Shown: positions 10,783 to 21,421 of the stretch, piece by piece
How positions within the stretch are numbered: position 1 is the stretch's first letter
How the letters are laid out: every line of letters begins with the position of its first letter
Source: a virus
DNA: 64,000 bases
Reading direction: 5' to 3' (one strand)
Virus record (IMG/VR): IMGVR_UViG_3300042450_000503
Span: 2,479-66,478 of that record
The notes under the pieces: model-generated
Seen by the model: the letters and a program-made list of their open reading frames with translations, nothing else
Told to the model about the DNA's origin: nothing
Databases searched by the model: none
Position numbers and translations under genes: made by a program

Positions 10783-11955
10783 TTAAAATTTTTTTGTTTG
10801 TATTTTTAATTTTGCTGAATCCCATCCACTAACCGATTTTATTTTAAGCCCGCCAACAAAAGTATTAGACGCTTGTCTAGGCACTCCTACGCTTGGGTTT
10901 TTAGAATTGGTGATTACCTCTTTAACGGCATCAGCTTTTCCTTGTTCATAAAAATGGCTAGCAATTTTATCAGAATTCATTGCGGTGTACAAAGCTTTAT
11001 GGTAACCCGGCGCATCTGTTACATTCCCTTCTTTGTCAAGAAACTTTCCGACAAAGGATTGTATATTTGATTGGGTTTCCGCAACTTGAGTTGGATTTTG
11101 AACATTATATCTAAACTTTTTTTCGCCTAAGTTAAATTCAAAACCTTTGAATTCATTGCTAAAAAGATTAGATGTTTGTTTTTTAAACATCTCTTGTTGC
11201 TGAGCTACTTTGTTTTGCTCGTTATTATATCGATTAAAAAAATCGGTTGCCTTTTGTTGCTCGTTATTAATAGTTGGACGAGATTTAATTTCAGCATAAT
11301 ATTTAGCTTTTGTATCGTCTAAATATTTTTTAGCTTTTGACACTTCTTCTTTAAATGCCAATTTTTTTAATTTAATTTCACGTTCCTCGTCAATATCTTC
11401 ATCATAATAAAATCTATCTTCTAATAAGAAATCAATCTCTTCATTATCTAAATGAGGTTTTGTGCTTTTATAATATTCTTTTAATAAAGTATTATTGTTT
11501 ACATTTGAATAGTCTGCATTAAGTCTAACGTAGTCTTCAACCGTTCCTCCAGTTTCTTCCATAAAAGACACAAGTTTCTCGATGTTTTCTGGTAAAGCTT
11601 TCCCGGTATTTATTTGCTCGGCTGCATGGTATTCTAATTCTTTAGCAACTTCCTTTGTTTCTTCTTTTATTTCTTCTTCTGAAATTTCTTGAATAACATT
11701 TTCAAAGGACCCTTCGTTTCCTTGCTCCACTTTTGGCAATTCCACTGCGGGCTGTTCTGTGCGTAGCACGCCTTCATTTGGGCTTTGTTCTTGAACGGCA
11801 TCTGGTGTTTCTTTAGGGATTACTACTTTTATTGGCTCTTCGCCAATTGGTGGAAAATTAACTTTAATAGGTTCGTTTTCGCTTAGCATTTTTTTCATTG
11901 AAGGTTTTCTAGCTTTCACTTTAAATTCCCCCTCTTGTTTTTCTTGTTGTGACAT
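10783..11955 (-). CDS. Scaffold-like acidic protein
   Basis: 390 aa, Glu/Lys-rich, between portal and MCP; HFYEQGKADAVK motif. Confidence 0.6.
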   Translation of the reverse strand: MSQQEKQEGEFKVKARKPSMKKMLSENEPIKVNFPPIGEEPIKVVIPKETPDAVQEQSPNEGVLRTEQPAVELPKVEQGNEGSFENVIQEISEEEIKEETKEVAKELEYHAAEQINTGKALPENIEKLVSFMEETGGTVEDYVRLNADYSNVNNNTLLKEYYKSTKPHLDNEEIDFLLEDRFYYDEDIDEEREIKLKKLAFKEEVSKAKKYLDDTKAKYYAEIKSRPTINNEQQKATDFFNRYNNEQNKVAQQQEMFKKQTSNLFSNEFKGFEFNLGEKKFRYNVQNPTQVAETQSNIQSFVGKFLDKEGNVTDAPGYHKALYTAMNSDKIASHFYEQGKADAVKEVITNSKNPSVGVPRQASNTFVGGLKIKSVSGWDSAKLKIQTKKF

Positions 11956-11989
11956 AATATGATAATATAAAATTGGTTAATAATATTCT

Positions 11990-14395
11990 TTACATTCCGA
12001 AAGGATTGCCATTTCCGCCACCTAGAGCGTCATTGCCTGATTCAAAGTCTTTTGGAAATGAATCATTTTTCCTTTGGTTTATTAATTCTGATTGTTGAGT
12101 GGCTTGTATTTTTGTTCTGTCGTCTTTTCTATTCTCTAATTGCGTCCACTTATTAGTTTCAGCTTGTGTTTTTAATTGAGCAAGTTGCATATCATATTGA
12201 AATGCTTCTGCTAATAATTGTTTTTTGATTTCGGCTTCTACCTGTAATCGTTGTATTTCAAATTGAGACTTAGCTTGCTCAAGGTTAACAGCTTCTTGAG
12301 TTAATGCTTGTTGTTTTTGAACTTCAAACATTGCTGCTTTTTCCGCGCTTTCTGAATTTGCTTGCGCTTGCGCTTGTATATTTGCTAACTGTTGTTGTTG
12401 AGCTGCTTCTAATTTCTTTTTTCTTTTTAATTTTAATAATTGATTAGCTAATTTAAGATTTTTAATTTGTCTAATATCTATTGCGTCTTCTAAATCAATT
12501 CCGCCACCTTGTAATGAAATCTGAATGTTCGCTTCTAATTGCGCTTTTTCTTCTTCATCAGGTTCAATTTCTAAATAAATTCCAAAATCATGTAAATTTA
12601 ATTTATCAATTTCTTTTAAAGTTTCTACATTATAAGTTGATATACTTTGTTTTAAAGAATTTTTTGTTAGCGGATATTCTAAACAATCCGCAATTCTTAA
12701 GGATATATTTTCACATGTTCTTACCGTTAAATATAAACTAGCGTCTTTTATATGTCTTGTAGCTACATTAGATGCGTTAGCTGCTATTTTTTGTAATCCT
12801 ACTAAAGCGTTTGAATCTGGTTTGCTGCCATCAACCGCTTCGTTTAATCCGGTGACATCTCTAATCATCTGTAAATAATACTGATAAGTTTGTATTAAAC
12901 TTTGTATTTTACCTTGACCACTTGATGTCGTTAGTTCTTGGATCGGCACCTTTGCTCTATTCATATCTCCATCCTGAGTTAGAGATCTACCTACAATACT
13001 ACCTGTTTGAAAGTACATATTTAATGCTTCAGCTGGATTGTAATTTGTGCCATTGCCTAAATCAACTTCCGCTAAACCATCAACATCTAAAAATACACCG
13101 TCAGGAACTAATCTTGACATTACTTGTTGTAATTTTAAATGGGTTAATTGTATCATATCTGCAAATGAAATACATTTACTAACAATAGAATCAATTCTAC
13201 CTTTATACATTCTTGGGGCTACAATGTTATAATTCATTTTAACTTTTGTAGTATCCGCATATGGGCGTGTCATGTTTTCTGACAATTGCCATTCTAACAT
13301 AGTATTTGTGCCAACAACTTTTGCTCCTGTGTATAGCACCTCTATACTTCTAGAAACTCTTTCAAAATTATCGCTAGTAGGTGGATTAAATGAATCTGTT
13401 TTTTCAATAACTTTTTCTAATCCATTTTCTCCGTATTTTATTTTAAATACTTGGTTTACATACGTCTTATATTCAAAATATAATACTTGAACAGTATTTT
13501 CATCATAATTCCCCCACCCTTGAATATATTGTCTATTGCCCGGCATTTGCTGGATTTTATACAATTCATCTTCTGATATATCTGGAAATTGTTTTTTTAA
13601 TTCTGATAGTGTAATTGCTTTAACTTCACCAACATAATATATGTCTTCAAAATTTGGATCTTCAGTATATGAATATATCATATATGCAGGATCCACATAA
13701 TCTACAACTATTCCTTCTGCTTGATTAAATGATGTTTTAACCGCCGCAATACCTATCGTTGTTAAATCATAATTTAACCTTTTTCTTGTTAAATCGTATT
13801 TATTATTTTTAAGAACACTATTTATTGCCTCCTCTTCTGCAATCTCAATAGATTGTTTAAAGGATAATTGCATATGTAATTCTAATTCTTCTTTTGTTGT
13901 AGGTAGTTCAGCTGCAGGTACATTAGACTTTGATATATCAATACCGGTATCTTGCATTGCCGCATTAATTTGTGGTTGCGCGTACATGTCGAATGTTAAA
14001 GAAGTAGCGTAATCCGTTCTTTTCTTTAAGGATTCAGGGTCTTGGGCATACGCCCGAACGTCATAAGTTTTTTGTGAAATACCATTAGCAACTATATCAA
14101 CAAATTTTGATAAAATAGGAACTGGTGTCCAATCCAAGTTTAAATAAGATAAATCACCATTTATAGATAATTCATCTTTATATTTTTGAGCAGATTGTTC
14201 TCCTCTAGCATATAATCTTAATCTATGAAAATTATTCCAATTTGTTAAATATCTATTACCGTTACCCCTGCCTTGATTAAACCATTCTTGTTCTATAGCA
14301 CGAGACACTTGTAACCCGTATTCTTCTGATGCTTTTGTTGCATTATCTACTACTTGACTAGGAAAAGCGCTATTTGTATTTGTATATATATTCAT
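11990..14395 (-). CDS. Portal protein
   Basis: 801 aa; directly after TerL; IRDVTGLNEAVDG motif and Gln-rich coiled-coil C-terminal barrel as in podoviral portals. Confidence 0.85.
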   Translation of the reverse strand: MNIYTNTNSAFPSQVVDNATKASEEYGLQVSRAIEQEWFNQGRGNGNRYLTNWNNFHRLRLYARGEQSAQKYKDELSINGDLSYLNLDWTPVPILSKFVDIVANGISQKTYDVRAYAQDPESLKKRTDYATSLTFDMYAQPQINAAMQDTGIDISKSNVPAAELPTTKEELELHMQLSFKQSIEIAEEEAINSVLKNNKYDLTRKRLNYDLTTIGIAAVKTSFNQAEGIVVDYVDPAYMIYSYTEDPNFEDIYYVGEVKAITLSELKKQFPDISEDELYKIQQMPGNRQYIQGWGNYDENTVQVLYFEYKTYVNQVFKIKYGENGLEKVIEKTDSFNPPTSDNFERVSRSIEVLYTGAKVVGTNTMLEWQLSENMTRPYADTTKVKMNYNIVAPRMYKGRIDSIVSKCISFADMIQLTHLKLQQVMSRLVPDGVFLDVDGLAEVDLGNGTNYNPAEALNMYFQTGSIVGRSLTQDGDMNRAKVPIQELTTSSGQGKIQSLIQTYQYYLQMIRDVTGLNEAVDGSKPDSNALVGLQKIAANASNVATRHIKDASLYLTVRTCENISLRIADCLEYPLTKNSLKQSISTYNVETLKEIDKLNLHDFGIYLEIEPDEEEKAQLEANIQISLQGGGIDLEDAIDIRQIKNLKLANQLLKLKRKKKLEAAQQQQLANIQAQAQANSESAEKAAMFEVQKQQALTQEAVNLEQAKSQFEIQRLQVEAEIKKQLLAEAFQYDMQLAQLKTQAETNKWTQLENRKDDRTKIQATQQSELINQRKNDSFPKDFESGNDALGGGNGNPFGM

Positions 14396-16618
14396 TTATT
14401 TAATAATTTTTGACGTATTCCCTTTATTATTATATTTTTTAAAACCTAAAGGCACAGTTATTATCTCTTTTTTATGCATAGGTATATACTTATTCTTATT
14501 GCACGCCATTATGGCTAATCCTGAGCTTATAGAAGCATCGAAATTTGTTCTATTGTTTATATTAAATCTTGCCCAGTCTTCCAAAGTTTCTTGGAAGTAC
14601 ATTGAACCATACCCATTTTCATTTAATCCAATGTGATCCTCTATATAAGTCTCAATAGCTGCCGCGTGTGCCTGTATTATATCTTGCGATGAATTGGGTA
14701 TTCCGCCAATTTCTCTTTCTGTAATAGATAACTTATTATATATTTTGTCAGGTCTATTCATTGAATATCCCCTATAACCTCTTCTTTTTAAATAATAAAG
14801 TAATCTTGGTTTATTGTTTTCTGCCAGCATTGGCATTCCATAAAATACTAAAGCCATTAAAACATCTTCAAAAAATATTTCTGCTGTCTGTGGTCTAGAT
14901 ATATATTGTAGAAAAAAAGTATTAAGAGGAGCTTCGTCCATTGAGAATTTTGTTAATCCATGTAATGCTCCTTTTGAACCTTTACCATCTGTAGTTCCTG
15001 ATATATCATAACTATCACAACCAAATGCGCCTAAATGCTCATTGCCAGGAAATTTTCCTCCGTTTTTTAATATTATATTATTTTGTATATTAGGAGATGG
15101 TATCCAGGATATTAAAAATCTACCATCTTTATTAGGATAAAATACAACTCTAGTGTCTTGTATTCCATTAACCCATTGAAAGTTACCTCTAGTTAAGGCA
15201 TTGGTATTTCTTAAATCCGCATTATAATCTATTTGTTCGTATATTTTTGTAAGATTAAACAAAGATTGTTTTGCTTCATCTCTAAACGCGTGTTGTTCTG
15301 TTCTTGGAAATTGTCGGTAATATTCGTTTAATCCGTCTGGATCTGACTTTAATCCGTCAACTTCATTTTGCCAATGTTCTATAACTCCGTAATCTATGTC
15401 ATTACCATCAACCCCTTTTACAAAGGTTTTTGGAGTATCGAAGACAGGTAAGCCATAAGTATCAATGAATCCCTCGTACGACCATTCCATAGGTATGAAC
15501 AAACTATATAATCCTGAGCTAGTCTGGCCATTGCGGTTTCTTTTTGTGACATCTGAATTGTAATAAAGAACTTTAAAATTTTCTCCTCCTTTATCTAAAG
15601 CGTTTGAGGTTGAACCCATCATACACTTTCCAATAATTTTGCTCCCCAACCTTAAAGTTGTTTTTGTTACCCTCCAGTTGTTTAGAATGTTGTCCGGTCT
15701 TTCCCACTTTCCGCTTTCATCGTGTACTAATATTTTTAACTTTTCACCATCATAGGAATTATCTCCAGTATTCTTCCAGTCAATTGTAGTATCAAGACCG
15801 TCAAGTTCTTCTAATTTTTCATTAGCGTCTAACTTTCTTCTTGTTAATTTTGAAGCTGGAATTCTATATGCTAATTCTGTTTTAGGTCTATCCATACCAT
15901 CTTGGATAGGTTTAAAAAAGAATGGGTAATTAACTGAAATTGGCACTACCTTATCGGTAAACATCTTTTTTGCATCTGCTCCAGATTTTGATAATATACC
16001 AAATCTTGAATCACTTGATATTGTAGCAATATTAACAAGTTCCGCAGAAGACATAAAAGAAAATCCAGAACGTCTATTTTTTAAATAACACATTCCATAA
16101 CATCTTGGATCTGCTTTACAAGCTTCCCAAAATATAAAGAACAATCTATTTGATTCTCTAAAGTCTGGTGCTCCAACGTCAATTTTGCTCCATTGAAGAT
16201 ACATATAATGTGTACCAGTTATATAAGTAGGTTTTCCATTATTATAAAAGAATAATCCTTCTTCCCTATACTTAAATTCATTATCAATGTAATCGTACCA
16301 TCTTTCTTTAAAAGCGTCCGGGTGTTTGTTCCAATCAAAAGTATTTTTTATTCTACTTATTTCTTTTGGATAATCCATTTGTTCCCAGTGCTGCTCCTCT
16401 TTTAACTTAGATCTTGAATATGGATTTTCGCTTAAAGGTAATGCTATTTTTAAATTCTGGATTTCATATATTTCACCAATCTTTCCAGTCTTACTAATAA
16501 CAACCATATCATGAGTCTTATCGTAGCCATATTTCCATTTATTTAAACGGTTGTTCTGCCGTATAACACTTGACTTTACATAGTCAGGTACTATTTTGTA
16601 TAATGATTGCTCGTACAT
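14396..16618 (-). CDS. terL: Terminase large subunit
   Basis: 740 aa; Walker A-like KNRRSGFS, Walker B LVHDESGK, motif III GSTSN, nuclease FGCDSYD, LAENN, FDASISSG. Confidence 0.9.
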   Translation of the reverse strand: MYEQSLYKIVPDYVKSSVIRQNNRLNKWKYGYDKTHDMVVISKTGKIGEIYEIQNLKIALPLSENPYSRSKLKEEQHWEQMDYPKEISRIKNTFDWNKHPDAFKERWYDYIDNEFKYREEGLFFYNNGKPTYITGTHYMYLQWSKIDVGAPDFRESNRLFFIFWEACKADPRCYGMCYLKNRRSGFSFMSSAELVNIATISSDSRFGILSKSGADAKKMFTDKVVPISVNYPFFFKPIQDGMDRPKTELAYRIPASKLTRRKLDANEKLEELDGLDTTIDWKNTGDNSYDGEKLKILVHDESGKWERPDNILNNWRVTKTTLRLGSKIIGKCMMGSTSNALDKGGENFKVLYYNSDVTKRNRNGQTSSGLYSLFIPMEWSYEGFIDTYGLPVFDTPKTFVKGVDGNDIDYGVIEHWQNEVDGLKSDPDGLNEYYRQFPRTEQHAFRDEAKQSLFNLTKIYEQIDYNADLRNTNALTRGNFQWVNGIQDTRVVFYPNKDGRFLISWIPSPNIQNNIILKNGGKFPGNEHLGAFGCDSYDISGTTDGKGSKGALHGLTKFSMDEAPLNTFFLQYISRPQTAEIFFEDVLMALVFYGMPMLAENNKPRLLYYLKRRGYRGYSMNRPDKIYNKLSITEREIGGIPNSSQDIIQAHAAAIETYIEDHIGLNENGYGSMYFQETLEDWARFNINNRTNFDASISSGLAIMACNKNKYIPMHKKEIITVPLGFKKYNNKGNTSKIIK

Positions 16619-16893
16619 TACTTAGATCTTCCTTCTGCAAATCCTTTAAAAACAGCTGTTGTAGATTCTTTTTCAGATTCGTTCAACATTTTTTCTTCTT
16701 CCTCTATTCTACTTAGAATTTCAAAAGCATCAAAAATAGCTAACTTTTTAGTAGCAGCAGCGTTTTTTAATTTATCAGCAGATAAATCATCATCGCCATT
16801 ATCTAATATAGCTTCTTCAGCAACCTTGATTAGTTCCAATACTGCTTTGTGCCCAGCTTGGATTATATTCGACTTCGTCTCCTTTATATTCAT
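16618..16893 (-). CDS. Putative terminase small subunit
   Basis: 91 aa helical protein whose stop overlaps the TerL start. Confidence 0.5.
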   Translation of the reverse strand: MNIKETKSNIIQAGHKAVLELIKVAEEAILDNGDDDLSADKLKNAAATKKLAIFDAFEILSRIEEEEKMLNESEKESTTAVFKGFAEGRSK

Positions 16894-17443
16894 ATTTAAT
16901 TACAATATCATTAGATTTCATACAATAAAGTCGCTGTCCATCAATTACGAATTCAAATTCCCCGTTAGGAGTATATCCTACAAGGTCTCCCTCGTTGATT
17001 TTAAGCGCTTCTAAGGACTTATTTCCGTATTTTAATATACCAATAAGTCTTTGCTCTTTATCAAGCTTTAAATAGTCAATATTTTTTAGAGGTTTTATAA
17101 AACATCTATTTCCTATTGCCTTCCATTCTTTATCATTTTTATATAAATAAATTTGATCAAGATCACAAAAATACAAATTGTCCATAAAGAACGATCTGCT
17201 ATTTTTTTTAATACCTTTAATGTCGTAAAATACTCTAAAAACATTATGGTGAATAACTATTAAATCGCCAACTTTTATATCCGTAGAATATGCTAATGGA
17301 ACTGAAACCACTTCCGCTAAATTATTTACAGATTTAAAACTTTCTATTTTGGTATTTAATATTAAACTTTTGCCATTCACTTTAACTTCATTATCGTATC
17401 TTTCGCCAACTGGCTTTACAATAAAGCTAAATACGCTTTTCAT
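16817..17443 (-). CDS. Tandem GroES-like domain protein
   Basis: 208 aa; two GroES-like units (FIVKP...DIKVGDLIV; GNRCFIKP...INEGDLVGY...EFVIDGQRLYCMKSNDI). Confidence 0.6.
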   Translation of the reverse strand: MKSVFSFIVKPVGERYDNEVKVNGKSLILNTKIESFKSVNNLAEVVSVPLAYSTDIKVGDLIVIHHNVFRVFYDIKGIKKNSRSFFMDNLYFCDLDQIYLYKNDKEWKAIGNRCFIKPLKNIDYLKLDKEQRLIGILKYGNKSLEALKINEGDLVGYTPNGEFEFVIDGQRLYCMKSNDIVIKYEYKGDEVEYNPSWAQSSIGTNQGC

Positions 17444-17670
17444 TAATATTCTAAATCGTATTCTACAGAGATAGCCATGTTAGAATTAAACTTCTTCCAT
17501 GGCATTACCTCATCCTCTTTTCTTATGTATATATTATATGATGAATCTTTATGATCTAACTTAATGTAAGCTATTTCATGACCACCATATACTGTTTGCC
17601 CTATTGAATAATGCATTGCTTCATTCTTATAGTCAGCACCTATACTTATTTTTCTAATAACAGAATCCAT
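17443..17670 (-). CDS. Hypothetical phage protein
   Basis: 75 aa, translationally coupled in late operon. Confidence 0.7.
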   Translation of the reverse strand: MDSVIRKISIGADYKNEAMHYSIGQTVYGGHEIAYIKLDHKDSSYNIYIRKEDEVMPWKKFNSNMAISVEYDLEY

Positions 17671-17948
17671 TAATTCACTTCTTCTGCTTCAACCGTTTCT
17701 ACTTCAGTAGTTTGCTCTTCCATAAAATTGTAAGAACCGTCCTCTAGGTTGATATTAATAGCCCCATATTGATCTTGAAGTTCCATTTTAAAATCTTCTA
17801 TCGCCTTGTTTACATCTGCAAGTTGGTGCAAAAACGCATGCTTTTGAGACTCTGCTAATCCAATGTTAGTTAATAACGCTTGAAGATCTTTTTGTTGGTT
17901 TACAATTGTTTCTAATTGTTCTGCTGTAATTTTGTTTGTGTTTTTCAT
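17670..17948 (-). CDS. Hypothetical coiled-coil protein
   Basis: 92 aa; ends in YGAININLEDGSY. Confidence 0.7.
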   Translation of the reverse strand: MKNTNKITAEQLETIVNQQKDLQALLTNIGLAESQKHAFLHQLADVNKAIEDFKMELQDQYGAININLEDGSYNFMEEQTTEVETVEAEEVN

Positions 17949-17996
17949 GTTTATTTAATTTAATTGTTATTTATTATTTTTTTTATTTATGTATTA

Positions 17997-18902
17997 TTAC
18001 GGATAATAAAATGTCCAAACATTACCATATTCTGTTACATATCTATTATTTCTACTCCACCCTGTATCGTAAGGACCAAGAGCTATAGGGTCAACTGAAA
18101 TGCTTGTAACATAAAATTGCTCAGAGGCTACATCATAATCTCCTCCGCCTCCCAAGCTAAAAGCATATTGTTCTGCTAAAAAATACCCTTCTGCCCCGTT
18201 TGGCACGTTGTATGAAGGAATTTCAAATGTAACGGTGCCAGCCATAGTCACAGGGGGATCTTCAGGTGCGGTAAGATATACTTCATAATTTACGTCGATA
18301 ATCAATTCATTTGCATCTGATTGAAATGGTACATCTCCATCATTATTAACATATAAATCCACGTACCAATTGCCGTCGTCTTCAGTTCTAACTTCAAAAA
18401 TAAATGTTACATTGCAATCATTACATCTATCAGCAACATATCCAATTGGGAATCCTTCACTTTGATCTCCTTCTTGAGCAGTAGTTGTGTTTTGAACCCA
18501 CCCATAGTTTCCATATTGCGTATAAACTCTATCTCCAAGAGCAAAGTTTCCTGCATCATAATAACCAGAAGTATATTCTTCCCCTAAAATACAATCAACA
18601 ATGACATACGATTCTAATGCTGTTACAGGACAACCTGAATAAGTTGGTCCTATTATTTCTACTTGATCGAGAGGAGTAGATTGTTGTGCCCCTAATAGAA
18701 CGCCAAAATTAAGAGTTGTAGAATATACATAATTTCCTGTAAAATATACATTTGGATCTACTAATTGTGTTGTATAAGCATCCATAGGTATAGGATCCTC
18801 TGAGCACCAATCATCAATTAAATAATAAACATTAGTAGGAACTGGTGTTGCCACTGATGTTGCATTAGGCCAACCTATACCTATCCCTTGACCCCAGCCC
18901 AT
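17997..18902 (-). CDS. Putative virion decoration/structural protein
   Basis: 301 aa, acidic, MGWGQGIGIGW N-terminus. Confidence 0.5.
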   Translation of the reverse strand: MGWGQGIGIGWPNATSVATPVPTNVYYLIDDWCSEDPIPMDAYTTQLVDPNVYFTGNYVYSTTLNFGVLLGAQQSTPLDQVEIIGPTYSGCPVTALESYVIVDCILGEEYTSGYYDAGNFALGDRVYTQYGNYGWVQNTTTAQEGDQSEGFPIGYVADRCNDCNVTFIFEVRTEDDGNWYVDLYVNNDGDVPFQSDANELIIDVNYEVYLTAPEDPPVTMAGTVTFEIPSYNVPNGAEGYFLAEQYAFSLGGGGDYDVASEQFYVTSISVDPIALGPYDTGWSRNNRYVTEYGNVWTFYYP

Positions 18903-19192
18903 TAGTAAAGTGCTACTATGCTAGAGCAGGTTGTTGGAGCAGCGCCCGCCCCCCCCTCGTTTACAAAAACGTGATCGACTATTACAGGAAAAAAAGTCCC
19001 GTTAGGAATGTTTTGAAATACTGTATAATTTGTAGAGCCATTGCCGCCAACAACGCTACATGTTAAATTGCCGCCCACGCCAATGTATAAAGCCGCTGAT
19101 TGTAAACTTGGCGCTAAAGCACCAGGTGTTCCGGCTGGTGATATATTTGCCGCTCTTGTTCCAAAATCTGGTTGATCACCGTATTGTCCCAT
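18902..19192 (-). CDS. Small structural protein (spike-base/decoration-like)
   Basis: 96 aa; ALYIGVGGNL...FQNIPNGTFFPV...IVALY pattern. Confidence 0.55.
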   Translation of the reverse strand: MGQYGDQPDFGTRAANISPAGTPGALAPSLQSAALYIGVGGNLTCSVVGGNGSTNYTVFQNIPNGTFFPVIVDHVFVNEGGAGAAPTTCSSIVALY

Positions 19193-19195
19193 AAT

Positions 19196-19444
19196 TTATT
19201 TTTTAAATATTCTATTATATATTTCGCTTTTGTTTTTTGTTCCAATTCTAAACTCTAATACAGATTCACCTGGAAAATTGTAATCTTCACCTGGTTCCAT
19301 AACTTCAGAATTGCCTTCATTATCAATACCCAAAACGGGGAAATCTACGTTTTTCATTGTGATGTCCCCGCTAGGTATTACATTATAAGGTCTATCTTTA
19401 TCAGGACTATTTTTTTTATAACCTGTTGTTGATAGATTTTTCAT
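19196..19444 (-). CDS. Hypothetical virion protein
   Basis: 82 aa; IPSGDITMKNVDFPVLGID...MEPGEDYNFPG. Confidence 0.6.
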   Translation of the reverse strand: MKNLSTTGYKKNSPDKDRPYNVIPSGDITMKNVDFPVLGIDNEGNSEVMEPGEDYNFPGESVLEFRIGTKNKSEIYNRIFKK

Positions 19445-19957
19445 TTAGCATTTTTTCATTTTAGCAGGAGTTTTTTTAACCTCTTTCTTAACTTCACTAG
19501 CTTTTGGCTTATTTTTAGCAATATTTTTTAGCCTCATAGTTTCGTCTCCTCCACTATAATCCTTACTCCCTTTTTTTCCTTCAGCTAAGTCAGATAAATA
19601 TTTTCCGCCTTCATAAATTTTATTACCAATTTTTTTAATTGTCTCCATTTGTTTAACCGGAGATTTCTTTTTTTCCTTAGTTTTTGGGTTTTTTGCAGAC
19701 GGAAGATTTTTTTGTCTCATACTTTCGTCGGATTCACTATAATTTGCACTCCCATGTCTACCTTCAGCCACTTCGCTAAGATATTCCGCGCCTTTATAGA
19801 TTTTATTACCAATTTTTTTAGCTTTTTCAGTTATAAACTTTCCTGTAGCAGTGCCTGCTCCAGCTCCAACTGCTCCCATAGTTTGTTTAAATGGGGCAGG
19901 AATATCACGTCCTGTCTTTGGTTGATTACCTCTACCTGGGTTTTGTTTGTATGCCAT
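19445..19957 (-). CDS. Basic protein with internal ~40-aa duplication
   Basis: 170 aa; KKIGNKIYKGAEYLSEVAEG / KKIGNKIYEGGKYLSDLAEG. Confidence 0.7.
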   Translation of the reverse strand: MAYKQNPGRGNQPKTGRDIPAPFKQTMGAVGAGAGTATGKFITEKAKKIGNKIYKGAEYLSEVAEGRHGSANYSESDESMRQKNLPSAKNPKTKEKKKSPVKQMETIKKIGNKIYEGGKYLSDLAEGKKGSKDYSGGDETMRLKNIAKNKPKASEVKKEVKKTPAKMKKC

Positions 19958-19981
19958 TTTTTTTGTTTTTGTTGTTGTTAA

Positions 19982-20356
19982 TTACTTAATTTTTGTGTAT
20001 ATTAATTCTGCAGCTCCTTCGGAGTTTTTAACAATACAACTCAATGTCGTATCATTTACAAAAGTATATTCGCTATTAGCTATCCAGTTATTTGGTTTAA
20101 AAATTGTTTTTATTAAAAAATAATCATCATAAATTTTAAAATTTATAACATCAATAGGCTCTCCACTAGTGCCACTTATTTCTTGCACTTGAATATTTCC
20201 ATTATTATCTTTCCAAAAAAACAATTGTGAGGATTCCTCATTTGGTTTCCAATAACCAATTAGATTATTTGTATTAATTTTTTTTGTATTTGTTAAATTA
20301 AAAATAACAAATACGGATGCTATCACAATAACTGCAATTAAAAATACTTTTTTCAT
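19982..20356 (-). CDS. Exported/membrane-anchored beta-rich protein
   Basis: 124 aa; MKK plus hydrophobic N-terminus; LIGYW lipocalin-like motif. Confidence 0.6.
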   Translation of the reverse strand: MKKVFLIAVIVIASVFVIFNLTNTKKINTNNLIGYWKPNEESSQLFFWKDNNGNIQVQEISGTSGEPIDVINFKIYDDYFLIKTIFKPNNWIANSEYTFVNDTTLSCIVKNSEGAAELIYTKIK

Positions 20357-20400
20357 AATTAAATAATATTAAATTTATATAATATTATTATTACGTGTAT

Positions 20401-20715
20401 TTATTGCTTTTTATAAGCTTCCATTTCCCAGGGTAGCTTCTTTGATCCTTCTTTCATTTGTGCTCTGGAATATTTCTTTCCTTTCCACATTACATGAGTA
20501 TCAGTATAATCCAAATCGCCACGTTTCATTTGATCTATATGGATCTTTTCGTGTGATACTGTTTTATTCTTTCTTAATTCTAGAGGTGAAACTTTTTTGT
20601 TTATTAAAATAGTACCATTATTTTGCGCCATACCTAATACATTGTCTTCCATGTCGGTACTATATATTGGCGTATTATCACAATCATACGGCATGCCTTT
20701 CATTTTATATGCCAT
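20401..20715 (-). CDS. Small zincin-like metallopeptidase
   Basis: 104 aa; HEKIH (HExxH) and downstream PWEMEAY. Confidence 0.6.
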   Translation of the reverse strand: MAYKMKGMPYDCDNTPIYSTDMEDNVLGMAQNNGTILINKKVSPLELRKNKTVSHEKIHIDQMKRGDLDYTDTHVMWKGKKYSRAQMKEGSKKLPWEMEAYKKQ

Positions 20716-20740
20716 GGGTATACTGTTTTAAATTTATTAA

Positions 20741-20770
20741 ATTCCCTATAAATATAAATCTATAGGGAAT
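20741..20770. terminator. Intergenic hairpin
   Basis: ATTCCCTATA-N10-TATAGGGAAT perfect 10-bp inverted repeat. Confidence 0.55.
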
Positions 20771-20782
20771 CTAAAATTATTG

Positions 20783-21166
20783 TTATGACCAAAGACCTGC
20801 TGTAATCTGTACATTTGTATATACAGGAGCCGCAGCAGTACCAGTAACATACGCAGGAACATTAACCGCAACTGTAGGAGTTGTAGGGTTTCCAGTCAAA
20901 GCCGTTACAATACCATCTTTTACAGGAAATTGATTTACACCTGTTAATGGGTTTACCAATATCGGAGTAGATGTGTGAGTTAAAACTAATTTTTGTGTTC
21001 CAGCTATGGGTGATTGATTAAAATGAATAGCTGTTGTAGTAGCACTAAGTGATTCAACTCTAGCAATTGTAGTAGCGTCAAGTAATGCTGATGTACCTAT
21101 AGTAAGAGCTGTTGCACTACCAAAAGTAGCCGTTCCAATTACTGGAAATGTAATAAAGTTTGCCAT
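20783..21166 (-). CDS. Putative structural protein
   Basis: 127 aa, Thr/Ala-rich. Confidence 0.6.
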   Translation of the reverse strand: MANFITFPVIGTATFGSATALTIGTSALLDATTIARVESLSATTTAIHFNQSPIAGTQKLVLTHTSTPILVNPLTGVNQFPVKDGIVTALTGNPTTPTVAVNVPAYVTGTAAAPVYTNVQITAGLWS

Positions 21167-21203
21167 TGTTTTTTTTGTTTTGTTATTTGTTGTTTATTAT
21201 TTG

Positions 21204-21419
21204 TTATTTTGCTTTTGCACGTTGAGTGATTGGCCCTGCCTGATATATTGGCTCATCAAACCTAAGTTTAATTCCATTTGGACCTCTATTAGATCCTTTA
21301 TGTTTAGGGTAACCAGTTGTATCAAATGGTCCATCCCAAAGAGCATTTGCTCCTACCCCAGACATTTTAGCTTCGCTATCGAATTGAGTTTTCGGGTGTT
21401 TTGTTTCTTTTATGTTCAT
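21204..21419 (-). CDS. Hypothetical protein
   Basis: 71 aa in late operon. Confidence 0.6.
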   Translation of the reverse strand: MNIKETKHPKTQFDSEAKMSGVGANALWDGPFDTTGYPKHKGSNRGPNGIKLRFDEPIYQAGPITQRAKAK

Positions 21420-21421
21420 AG

